Below, one piece after another: positions 25,009 to 37,578 of a DNA stretch of 64,000 nucleotides. The notes below the pieces were generated by a model that worked only from the letters and a program-made list of their open reading frames with translations, was not told where the DNA came from and did not search any database. The stretch comes from Pseudovirgaria hyperparasitica (lineage: Eukaryota), in assembly GCA_010093815.1 (NCBI GenBank), contig ML996577.1. One strand, written 5' to 3'. The translations under genes and the position numbers were made by a program. How positions within the stretch are numbered: the first letter of the stretch is position 1; each line of letters opens with the position of its first letter.

Positions 25009-28000
25009 ACCATTAAAAACTTCTTACACCCTAACGGACTAAACTAGTTAATTTAGGGCAAAACAGCGATTTACATACATTAAACAATAGAGTATACCAA
25101 GTATAACAACCTCCGACACACGTGCGTACGTATAGTATATAATACGCGACGATACTAACGTATAGAGATACTATATATATACACTTAAAGACTCTTCGAT
25201 AATACGAGCATAGACTATATCTAATAAACGCCGATACGCCGACCCCCTTTTATTAGTTAAGGGCTACCCTTAACTAATAACCATGGCGGCCTTAGGCATT
25301 ATAATACCCTAGTATACACCGGATATACCCCTACTAGTACGGTAGAAACGGCTATATAGCGATATTAATATGGATAGCTAGACACCTATCTAAAATATAG
25401 GAACTAACTAAGGGTGCGAAGCGCTATAGATAACCTAGACTAAGGGGACCCCGAGAGGGGAGACCCTCCTAGATAAAATTAAATACTAGGTAACACGTGT
25501 AGAGAGGGACGCCGAGGAGGGAAAGAAGACCCTCCTTCATATATTCTAGGAACTTATCTAGAATCTAAGAGGAATCATAGAGGAAGAGAGGAAGTCGCCA
25601 TGAGAGGAACCTAGTAGTAGGCTTAACTAAATAGAAGCTAGTCTACGGAGAATCTAGGAAGAGCTATCCTAAGGTAAGCGCCCTAACATGTAGGCTTAGA
25701 TTATAGTAATACCCGGAGCCACCGTACTAAGGACTACTAGGACTATAGATAGAGTATATAGTATACGTATTATAATCTAGAATAAGGACACGCTAGCGTA
25801 GGTCTAATAGGTATCTCTAAAGGAAATTATAAATAAGATTAATAAATAGAAAGGAATGTAGTCGAGCGTCGTGGCTACTAAAGTTACGCTAGGTAGGGTA
25901 GTACTTACTACTATAACGAATACTATATAGTAAAACATCTCGCGAGATCTAAACGTAATAGATAGTATCTTCCCCGGCGCGTCTATTAGAGTAGCTATAT
26001 ACCCGATTATAGTACACGTAGTACCCGTGCGGGGATAGGCTATCGGAGCAGAGGATATTACGCGTATAGAATAATCCAACACGCGAAAATACCTAGGGAT
26101 TAAGATCGTGAAAGCGTAGTAGAAGAACCTATAGGCGATTAAGATAACGGCGAAAAAACACTCTACTATAATTATAGAGCTCCGAGACCCCGCCCTCGTA
26201 TAATATATTATATAGAAGGGATTCCTAGTAGAAGGAGAGCTCCTTATGGCCGAGCCATAGAATAGGGTATAGGTAATAATATAGTGCTTTAACTATTAAG
26301 GGTATAGATATACTATATAAAGATACTTATAGAAGACTAAGTGCGGATAGTACCGTGGGGACCACGCTACCTAGGAGTACCCTTATAAACCGCGAGGAGA
26401 CGGGCTAAGAAATAGGGATATAGTATAGTATTTAAACTACGACGGGAAACACCCGTTATAGTCGTTAACGTATATAAAATATAAATAGGTTATAGAATAT
26501 ATTCGCACGATAAAAGCGAGAGGCGCGAGATAGTTATAGAATATAATACCTACTACGGGCCCTTCCTTTATAATACCCCTAACCTCCCCTCCGGAAGATA
26601 GTTAGGTAGGGTAGTAGATTATTCTAAAGATAATAGGACGACTAAAAGGTATAGTTAAAGCCGCTACCGCGCGAGGATAGTCGCGCCTCCGAGGAATAAG
26701 TATATAGATATATATACTCTCTAGTATCTAATAAGGGACTAGAATATACTCCGAATTATATAGATAAATATATAATATAAAAGAGAGAACTAGGCGACGC
26801 TCCTCGAAGAGACCGGGGCTATAATACTCGCTATCTAGAAACTCTATAAATACTACTAGACGAGTAAACTAACCATACACCCCGGATACTATACTATACA
26901 CCCTCTAGGACTAGAAAGACGAGTCCTCTTCTATATTTATAGGTTAATACTACTCTTATTATAGTCGTATACCGAGCGCGATAACCTTAGGATAATACTA
27001 CACCTATAAATAGATATAGGCCCCCTATATATATATAACATATATAACTAATAACGTGTACTTATACTAGACGAGATGCTCGAGGGTACTACGGAACTAG
27101 GGTAATATATCCTTCTAGGAGACTTTAACCTCCACTACTAATAGTAGGGAGGCCTAGCCGTGGTTAGAGAAGAACTTAGAGTAAGGGAACTACACACCCG
27201 CTGCCACGACTTTCTATACCTACTTACATCTATAGAATAAGTTATATAGAAAAAATATAAATAGGACGAAGACGGGTCCACGCTTAACCTTACCTTCGCC
27301 ACGGAGTATATTAGTTACTAGATCTAATACTACCGCCTAGGCTAGGTATAGACGGATTCCGACTATAAATATATAGAAACCATAATAAACGTATATACCC
27401 CGAATAAATAACGGGGATAATAGATATAGAAGGACACCGACTAGGAAAAGTACCTAAAGGACCTAGAATCGGCGATCCTAGATCCCTCTATAGTCGATAT
27501 ATCTAATAACCTAGCTATAGACTAGGCCGTATAGATACTCCTATAAATATACTAGAATACGAGAAATAAACACGTACTATACTAAATATACCGGCCCCCG
27601 GAAGCAAAGGGGATTCCTCGAGTACGGGAAAGTAGATAAGACGCCCGAAGACTATATAGACGCGTATACTATACGAGAACACCCGAGTCGTAGGAAGAAT
27701 AGAAGGAAGCGATATAATAACGCGATAAAGTTCTCTATAACGAAAGGCGTAAATAGTAGCGTATAATTACTAGTTAATAGATACGACACGTAATAGGGCT
27801 ATAGCGTATAGCGAAATGGGCTAAGGGCGTAGACACTCTAACACCCCCGCTACTTATACCTCCCCTAATATATTAGGGGAGAACATACTCTACGAGCCTT
27901 AAGAAAACTAAGGCTCTATAGAAGGCCATGTTCCCTCTCCCGGAACTAGTAGACCTATTAGACGTTTATAACGCCGAATACCTATATACGGTAGATATCC

Positions 28001-30295
28001 CTAAAGAAGTTACGGAGAAGGACATACTTAATATTATTAAGATACTCCTAAATGATAAAGTACCCGGACCAGATGGAATTCTAAATCGATACCTAAAAAG
28101 AACTATAAAAGCGACCCTACCGCTTATTACTTATATATTCTAAGTATACGTTACGTAGGGGTACCACCCCTAGTACTTCCGAGTCGCCTATACTATTATA
28201 CTCCCGAAACTAGGAAAGAGCCCTAACTCCCTAAAGGGATAGAGACTAATCGCCCTTCTCTCCTACCTAGGTAAGATACTAGAGGCTATGATAGCGAAGA
28301 AGATAAGTACCGCGGTATAGGAATATAATCTCCTCCCTCCGAACTAGAAGGTAAAGATAGATAGCTCTCTAATAATAGCTATCTAATATATTATCGAAGT
28401 CGTCTAGGCCGTATAGAAGTAGGGACGGGTAGTATTACTCCTCTCTCTCGATATAGCCGGAGCGTTTAATAAGGTAAACTATATAAGACTTATTTATAAC
28501 CTCTAGATAAGACGAATACTAGAATGGATTATACGCTTTATATAGTTATTCCTTATAGAAAGAATAACTTAGATATATATCTCTAGGTACTAGAGCGAAT
28601 ATAAAGAGACGGTATACGGCATCCTATAAGGGAGCACCATCTCTCTAATTCTATTCCTCTTCTTTATAGTAGACCTTCTTTAAGGAATAAAGTATATAGA
28701 GGTAGTCGGATACGCCGATAATATATACCTCCTAGCTATTAATAATAATACTAACCGAATGTATAGACAACTAGAATAGGACTATGAGAGATACCTCTAG
28801 TAGATAAAACGCTACGGAGTAAAGTTCGCCCCGGAGAAATACTAGCTTATATACTTTATTAATCGTTAAGGGAAATAGGTAACTAGGGAAGGCGAACGAC
28901 GCCCCCGAATCGACGCATTTAACGAACTACTAGTATAAAGTATACGCGCGCTCGGAGTTATACTAGATAGTAAGCTTAAATAGGGACCATAAGTAGTATA
29001 CGCCGTCTCTAGGGCCCTTTAGATAGAAGCCGCTATACGACGGATTATAGCCTCTATATAGGGAACCGCCCGGGATAAGGCACGCCAGCTATATATATCT
29101 ATAGTACGACCCGCCTTCATGTACGGACACGAGTACTAGTATACGGCCCTTATATAGACTAGGCGAATAAAGCTCGAATCTATATAGAACCGTATACTCC
29201 GTCTTATATTAGGCGTATATAAAGCTACTAACACGGTGCTACTACGACGCGAGATAGACGTTATAAGTATATATAACTTCTACTAGATATAGAGGGTGGT
29301 ATACTTTACTAAATAATAAGTATAGGAACGTATAGGAAACGTAGAATATACTTTCGCCGCGCTACATACACGAATTAGTATATATTACCGCGCACTCCTA
29401 TATATAGGCCAGAATCGAATACGGTATAGGTGCTTAATAGAAGCCGACTCTAGCTAAGTAGTATAAGAAGTCCGAGATAACCCGGACGCTCTCCTAGACC
29501 GGTAGAGCCTTTAAGAACTCGTGAAAAACATACGGTCGTGGACTTAAGATAAGTAGAAAGAGATACTCCGTGCCTACTAGGCCTCCTAGTAGGATAGGTA
29601 CCTAGAGTAGATTTAAGGGCCATAGAAGGAACCGAGTAAATAGATATATAAAGGGCTAACGAAAGCCTAAGTATCTATACTTATCTAAGCCCGAACGGGC
29701 GCTATGGGACTCCTATACTATATCTATAAGAGAGGCGTTCCTAATACCTCTCTATGGTATAAGGCGTACGGCCGGAGAGGTATAATACGCTACTATCTAG
29801 CTATATACCCTAACCTCTATATATAACGGTAATAGCTTATCCACGTCACGAAGACTTTAGATATTGTATAATAGCTTAATAAGTACCCTAAGGACGTCTC
29901 CCGATAGATACTTATATATCTACTACTTCTCTAGTACTAGTGGACCTAGAAATATATACTAGAAGAGACCCGGTATACGCTGGCCGCAACCCGATATATA
30001 CCGATAGAACCCCGGGAGAACCCCGATTATTAGTTAAGGGCTACCCTTAACTAATAACCTCCGCACCTATACGTACTACCTAAGGGCGAAATAACGGTAA
30101 TATAGACTATAGGCTAATAGGCGTACCCTATAGCTATATACTTAAGACGAAATAGAGGTTTAACGAGATATAGTTATAGATATAAGGAAGTTTTTCCCTA
30201 TGGGGTTTCTTCTTATATAGTAGCTTAGACTAGAGGAGGCATAGGCCTATAGAGTACTACTCTACCTAGTTATATAATATTATTATTATTATTAT
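25009..30295 (+). mobile_element. Non-LTR retrotransposon (LINE, Tad-like), RIP-mutated, inserted in the Gypsy RT
   Basis: 14-bp TSD TATATAAATCCGTG (24995-25008 and 30296-30309) and a 3' (TAT)n tail. ORF1 CCHC knuckles (~26282, QCFNCQGYGH after reversion). ORF2 endonuclease (~26770) and RT motifs VPGPDGILN (28058), LDIAGAF, GIPQGS and GYAD, plus a C-terminal CCHC (~29755-29810). Confidence 0.93.
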
Positions 30296-33200
30296 TATAT
30301 AAATCCGTGGTTATATACCTTAATAATATTATTATCTTTTCCGAAGATATAGAAGAACACGCTAGAGTACTATTAAAAGTACTTACCCTACTCCGTAAAT
30401 ACCGCTTACTTACTAATCTAGAGAAATATAGTTTTAGCTAGACCGAAGTTAACTTCTATAGATACCACGTCTTATAAGGATAACTTCGCCCGATAAAGGA
30501 TAAGATTAAGGTAATTCGCGAATAGCTAGAGCCTATAAACGTTAGCGAAGTCTAATAGTTCCTTAGTCTAGCGAATTATTATTAGAGATATATCTAGGGA
30601 TTCGTAAGTATTACCGTACCTCTAATAGACCTCCTTAAGGAAGTAGACCCTCTTATCTATAAATAGAAATATAGACCTATTCGATAGACGCTATTAATAG
30701 CGTTTACCTTTAAGACCCTAAAGAATACCCTATATTCCGAACCGGTTCTAGCTTAATCTAATAAGACTAAGCCCTTCTATATTAAAACGGATATAAGTAA
30801 CTATATAATTGGTATAGTAATCTACTAGAAGGATTCTAGTAAGTAGTATTAGCTAATCGCGTTTAACGGACGAAAGCTTAATGGCGCTAAGCTTAACTAT
30901 CCGGTTTACGAAAAAGAACTCCTTACTATTAAATACACTCTATATACTTAGAGATACCTACTAGAAATGAAGAAGACGATAATTCTAACTAATTACTATA
31001 GTCTATAGTTCCTTAAGTCTATAAAGGAATAAGGAGGCTATATAGATAGATAGATTAATAAGTTCGGAAGCTTCGATCTCGATATAAAATATCGCCTAGA
31101 ATCTAAGGCGGTAGTACCTAACGCCATTAGTAGAAGGCTAGACTTCTAAGGCGAGATCTCTATAATACTATTAAGTAAAGTTAATAAATACGTTCTTATA
31201 GTCTAAATTATTAAGTTTCTAAAAGGAGCTAACCCGATAGAGTATATACTAAAAGTCTCTCCCGAAATTCTATCTTAACTATACCTTAACGCCGAGAGTA
31301 AACTTCGATATAAGCTATAGGATTTTAATAATAGTTAAGAAGATTTAGCGGAAAATTTAGCGTCTTATATCCCGGAATAATACCGTAAGTCGCTAGTAGA
31401 AACTATATATTAATAATTCGGTTACTTTATATGGCCCGGACTACTAGGAGCCCTAGAAAAATAAGGCTAGTAGTTTAAAATAAAGAAAGACGTAGAGGTA
31501 GTCGCTTATAATTACTATTAATACTAATTAGCGTAACGAGTACTACTAAATCTATAACACGAGAGATAGTTTTATAGAGTTATACGCCGAGCATCCTTTA
31601 AAGAATAGAGTATCGACTTTATAGGCGTACTTCCTACTATATATAATAGTAATAGTTAGATAATAATAGTAATTAACTATATAACGGGATGGCCTATTAT
31701 ATAGATAGTCCCTAAGGCGACCGTAGAGTCTATTACGAGGTTCATTTATGAATAAATCTTTATAGATTTTAGACCCCCCGCCGCACTAACCTTAGATAAT
31801 AGTTAATAGTTTCTATTAAGAGTAGTTAACGCACTACTACGCATCCTTAAGACGGAATATAAACTTACTACGCCTTATTACCCTCATATAAACGGAAAGG
31901 TTAAATACCTTAATAGAACCTTAGGAGATATCCTTACCTATATATATATAGGCGAACTAGTAACTAACTAGAATATATACTTACTAGCCGCTATTTTTAC
32001 TATAAGGATCCGACGATATAGAAGTATAGAAGTTAGTCTATATTATCTAGTATATAGATAGTACCCTAACTTACTAGGGAATATTCCTAGAGAAAAGGCT
32101 AAGTTAATATCCTTTAACGAACTTATTAAGCGAGTTAAGAAAGTATAATACGCTAGGACGCTAGCGCTAAATAAACTACTTATAGAAGCCGCTTACCGAG
32201 ACCTTATAGATCCGACTTAGCTTAAACCTAAAGACTAGACGCGACTATCTATTAGTTAAATTATTTTACTAAAGAATAAATAGAAAACGAAGTTTAAAAC
32301 GAACTACTTAGGTCCCTATAAGGTTCATATATAACACCCCTTAGATATATACGCGCTAGAAACACCTAATAGACGTATCCTACGACACCTTATATATAGT
32401 AATAGGCTAATTATAGTAAGAGATATTAATAAGCTAGATAACTTCTAGACGAGATAGAAGATTAACTTATAAATATCTAAGGAAATTAGAAATTAAGTAG
32501 TACCTTACTTACTAGATATTAAGAAGGTTTTAGAGAAAGAGAAACCTACCCTATATTAGATAACTCTATCCTCCCTTCCTAAGAAGGAGTAGAACCGGCT
32601 ATAGTAGCTATAAAGTTAACGAGAGTTAATATATAAGGGCGTACGTTTATTCTTAGTAGGGGAGAGCTCGATAGACGTAGATATTACGCGTTAAATTAGA
32701 CTTACTAATATAAGAAATCGACGTAAACGGAGAGCTACTATAACTACGTTAATTACACTAGTACTAATCATTATTAATAAACTAAGAAATATACTAGAAG
32801 AATAACACGAGAATAGCGGAGCGATATAACCGCCGATAATAAATATTAAAGAGAGCTATAATACTCTAAGGGTAGAGGAAGCCTAAATAATAACTAAGAA
32901 ACTAATAGATAACCTATTAAACGAGATTAACACGGTAGAGAAAGCCACGATAGAAGCGAGATAGAAAGAATTACCTAAAGAAATAAGCTTAGGAGACGAG
33001 TTTAATAATACACGAATAGACTTAGATAAGAATATCTAACTAGAATATAAGAATCCTATAAGTATAGATATAGACTCGGATATAGAAGAAGTATTAAAGG
33101 AGGTTAACGAAGCGAATAAATAACCCCTAACCGACTTAGACGTCCCTATATAGAATCTTATAGAAAGCGAACCTTATACGCGAAAGAGAAAGCGATTCTA

Positions 33201-33329
33201 TATAGATAAACGTAGTAGAGAAACCTAAGCGGCTATAGCTAGCGTGTTAAGATAAGTTAATAGATTAGAGGGAGAGAGATACTCTCTACGGAAAAAGATA
33301 TTACCTTTAAAGCTATTATAGAAAAGCTT

Positions 33330-35670
33330 AGAATATAACTAACTTTAGTCTTTCCCTAATTATCTCCTTTATATATAGTACTACTAACCCCCTATTTACT
33401 TATTTAGAATATATATAGCCGTTAAAGAAGATTAACGAGCCTTAGAAATTACTAGAAGGTTAAAGAAAGAAGACGTGGACTTATAATAATATTATATAAG
33501 TCTAAAATTACTATTTAAGAACCGTAAGACTAAATAGAGATAAAAGAAAGCCGTTAACGCCTTTTAACGCTTAATAAGATAGGGTATCATTATAAAATAG
33601 AAGCCGTCTACTTAGTCCTAGACCTTACGAGTAGAATTTAGTAGATTCTTCGTAAATTATACTAATACCTTCTCGCCCTCCTCGGGCATGCTATTATTAA
33701 TTAAGAACTTATATAGTAGCCCTTAAGGTATATAGCTAATCTCGCTAAACGCGTTTATCGGATGACTAAACTAATCTTTAACGGCTTCGTTAAGCGGAAG
33801 TCCTTTATCTTTAAGGTTCTATATAGAATAAATAGAGATGATACTTAGGTTAAGAGATATAGTATTATTAAAGCTAGGAACGAGGACCTCTAGACCGCCG
33901 TAATACATCTATTCTATTATAGCTATAACCTTTTAATTAGCTAGAGATTATATAAGATATAAATCTAACTCACGAGCGAAGGACTAGCCTTAGAGTTTAA
34001 TCTAGTCTTCTTAAGACCTAATAACTTCTTTTAATAAAGTTTAGTAGCCGAATATTTTCTAGTAGCCTTAGTTATCTCTATAAATAAAGACTACTCGGTA
34101 TATTAGTACTTTTTAATAATATTACGCTTACTACGGTATACTTTAGGAACGTGTTAAATCTATTAAAAGTCTTTAACGATATAAAGGAATAACTTATAAC
34201 GCGATATACTATAGAATTTCCTATTCCCTTAGTAGAAATAGTTTAAATAGGTACCTTTAAATAGTAGGAACCCGTTAGAAAAAAGCTATATATACTCCCT
34301 AAAGATGCCTTTACTAGTAGAATAAGAACTATAGGCGCTATCGCTAAAGTACTAGTATACGCCACGAGCTATTATACCTAGAATAGCTAGAATAGTATAG
34401 GGATATAATCTATCTAGACGTTTCGAAGGATCCTAAAAGATCCCTTCTTCTATTATAATATTCTAAGGATAATAGTAGTTACTAAACTTATTTATTATAT
34501 AGAACGGAAGTAGATTCTTTAGAATTAAGGCGTGCTAACCGCTAGTATACGCCTTAATAAGGCTATTAATAAATTTCTTATAGAGCGCTCCGTTAATAGA
34601 AGGGTCCGAGAATAGCTACCCTAGAATAAGTTAGCTAACCGTTAAAGATAATTAATAAGATAAGAACTTACTCTAGTAAGCTAACTACTATATAAACTTA
34701 ATAGACTTCCCTAAAAAGAAGTAGTAATTAGATTAAACTCGGAGGTCTATATAACCTACCACTTCGATCTCGGTATTACTATAGCTATTAAGTTTATTTA
34801 CCGTAGGTTATGCTATCGTACTAACCTTATAAGAAGCTATAGACCCCTTTTACTTTATAGAAGTCTTCTTAATAACCTTATTAGAACTTTTAAGGTCTAT
34901 AATAGCTAGCTTAGAAGTTATAGAGCGAGTTTTAGGGCTATTAAATATCTTTAATAGAGTCCTTACGGTACTATAGATCTTTACTAGAGTCCTAGATATT
35001 CTAGGACGAGAGCCTAGATAAAAATTAGGAACTAGAATCTTAATATAAGACTTAGCGACTTACCTTTCTTAGTTACCTTAGAAGTAACTATATTACTAAG
35101 CTTATTAACTTTAATTAACGTATTACTATTAAGGTCTAATAACCTAGAGCTTTCTCTATCTTTATTTTTAGAATAGAAAATATTATTAGAGTCTTCTAAT
35201 AGATTTATAAACTAACTAGCTTTTATAGAGGCTTCGAAGAGCTTATTAAGGGTAATTAATATAGACTCCGGATCTATAACTTTACCTAGAAGATCTATAT
35301 AGATTAGCGGGATTCTTATAGAAGGGTATATTAAACGAATTATCTTCTACCTTAGGAAGAGGCTTATTAATAGCTATTACTAATCCTTAAGAGGCTAGAG
35401 CCTTAACTTTAGTCTTAGAGACCTTAGGTTTAAGGCTCTAACCGCCTTCTTCGATTAACTAAGCTAAAGCTTTATCTTCTAGGTCTAGTTCTTAAAAGAA
35501 TAGCGAACCCTAAGGCCCGTTTAGATATAGATAGCTATAGACTATCTTTAAGTAACTCTTATAAACTATATAGTTAATCTATACTTAAGAAATAAGGTAA
35601 CTTAACCTACTATCTAGAGTACCTTTATTTACTACTAATACTTTATTAAGTAATAACTAATTAGGATTTC
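33330..35670 (-). pseudogene. Putative antisense, intron-containing extra gene inside the Gypsy 3' region (RIP-destroyed)
   Basis: Minus-strand introns 35063-35014 (GTAAGT..CCTAAT..TAG) and 34671-34621 (GTAAGT..GCTAAC..TAG). Flanking frames read as protein with only TAA/TAG stops. Boundaries are approximate. Confidence 0.55.
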
Positions 35671-36110
35671 TATACGGAGGACCTAAGAAAGTATAATAAA
35701 GATCCTTATTTATAACTATATCTACTATAGAAAGTTTAAGTTAGAAGGGAAAAAGGTAAAGTTAAAGTTTATATATATAAAATTATAGTATTAATTAGAG
35801 TGATTTCTAAGTTCGTAGGAGTTTTAGCTATATTATTAGATATTATTAAAAGGATTTAGCGCTAGAAAAACTAAGGAAAAGATTAAATTAGTTAAGAAAT
35901 ATAAGGTTAAAGGATAGTAGAATATAGAAATAGTAAAGGTAACTATTTAGTACTAAAATAAGCTTAGACCACCGCCCTTACACGACGTGTTACTAATATG
36001 GCCTAGCGCTAAAGAGATTTTATATACCTACCTCCCTATATTATATATTCTAACTCTATTAATTATCTTTAACGGTCTTATAGGAGCTTATATAATTAGA
36101 AGAGGGAAGA

Positions 36111-36242
36111 TATAGGATTCCTATTAGGTAATCCCCGTTACTTAGATCTTATTTAGCGTTAGGCTGGTATATATAGCACTTAGATAGACTTAGTAGACAC
36201 GTCAATTAATTTTGCCACGTCTAATTTACCAAAGTTCCCACA
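36111..36242 (+). repeat. 3' LTR (132 bp), preceded by polypurine tract AGAAGAGGGAAGA (36098-36110)
   Basis: Ends TCCCACA; direct repeat of the 5' LTR. Confidence 0.93.
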
Positions 36243-36394
36243 CTGAGCTTGGCTATACAGCAGGACGTAAAACTACGTTCTCTATACAATTGGAAACCCG
36301 GAGTTTTGCACAGATATACAACAAACTGGGACAAATCAGCAAACAAGTGGTTCACAATCTTATCCATATCGTTCAGCGGGCCCTCTAAGAAACA

Positions 36395-37578
36395 ATGGCG
36401 ACCCCAACATCCTCACAAATCCTGCCCCCAAAGCCCTCTTCCTCCGACTTTGACATCGTCGCCACCTACCGACGCCTCCTCGCCTCTGATCCAGACCTTA
36501 CAATGCCCATTGCTGCTATAGAGGCTCTTGTCGAAGCTCTCTCACATTCCAGCGCAACTACTATCTCTGAAACCCTCACCCTTCTCGAGCACCACACCGC
36601 GAACCTGAAGCGCTCCATCTCAAACCCCATCTCCCTGTCCGCAGGTACAGACCTCTTCCGGCGATACCTATACACCACTGTCCAAAAACCGGGCGCCACG
36701 GGCGACTTCCAGGCAATCCGTAACCATCTGTTGAGCAATGGGCGACAATTCGTAGAACGTACGAAAGCAGCAAGAGACCAAATAGCATCTTTCGGACGGC
36801 ATTTTGTGCGTGATGGAACGACAGTGCTGACGAATGGCGGGAGCAGAGTTGTGGGCGCATTACTACGCTCCGCTGCAGATGCGTCTGGAGGCCGCACCAG
36901 TATTCGCTTCCGCGTCATCTACGTGCTCTCGCCTAGTACCTCCTCATCTTCGTCCTCAGACAAAGCATCCACACTTGAAGGTGAAGGTGCCGCAATTGTC
37001 TCCATGCTACGAAGTCGCGGTGTGCCTGTGGCCACAATCCCCGAATCGGCAGTCGCATACTCTCTCCCACAAGTTAGCATGGTGATCGTAGGCGCTGAAG
37101 GCGTTGTCGAAAGTGGTGGAATTATATCAAGACTAGGGACATACCAGATGGGCATGCTGGCGCGCGCGGCGGGAAAGCCATTGTATGTTGTTGCTGAGAG
37201 CCATAAATTCGTGCGGTTGTACCCGTTGGGGCAGTATGACCTAGGGATCGAGCAGAAGGTGATTGAGTTCAAGGTCATTGAAAACGGCAAGGAAGAAGTT
37301 GTGGAAACGGAGAGAGGGACACCGCTTGTAGGTGGGAGCGCGAGGATGTTGGATGAAGGTGTTGGTATGGAGGACGAAGTTGGCAAGGAGGAAATGGAAG
37401 GGGTTGACGAGGCTGTTGATTTCACAGTATGTCTCGAGCTGCCTCAAACAGAAGGTCCAGACGTTCCATCATGCTAACATGCACTTAGCCACCCGAGCTT
37501 ATCTCTGGCATCATCACCGAATCCGGCGTGTTGACACCGAGTGCAGTCAGCGAAGAGCTCATCAAGATCTGGTTTTGA
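36395..37578 (+). CDS. GCN3: Translation initiation factor eIF2B alpha subunit
   Basis: MPIAAIEAL, ISLSAGTDLF, VIVGAEGVVESGGIISRLGT and AESHKFVRLYPL. Intron 37427-37488 gives VDFT|PPELISGIITESGVLTPSAVSEELIKIWF. Confidence 0.95.

Larger units (their letters stand above)
21863..36242 (+). mobile_element. Ty3/Gypsy LTR retrotransposon, full-length but RIP-inactivated, carrying a nested LINE
   Basis: Direct LTRs 21863-21994 and 36111-36242; CTGA TSD at 21859-21862 and 36243-36246. Reverting TpA gives a Gag CCHC knuckle (~23575, ECFNCKKLGHISRFCP), protease (~23965, VLIDCGA), RT (~24670, WGSPVLFVPKPGGKWRMC; YLDD ~30316), RNase H (~30780-31140) and integrase with GPYKV (~32311). Order is PR-RT-RH-IN. 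Confidence 0.95.

Noticed and set aside
25804..28143. ORF-track calls inside the AT-rich block
   Set aside because: Fragments or antisense frames of the RIP-mutated LINE, not independent genes.
30060..30200. Ribozyme-like fragments (GGCGAA, CTAAT, CGAAA) in the LINE 3' UTR
   Set aside because: I could not assemble a hammerhead or HDV fold; RIP damage makes it untestable by eye.
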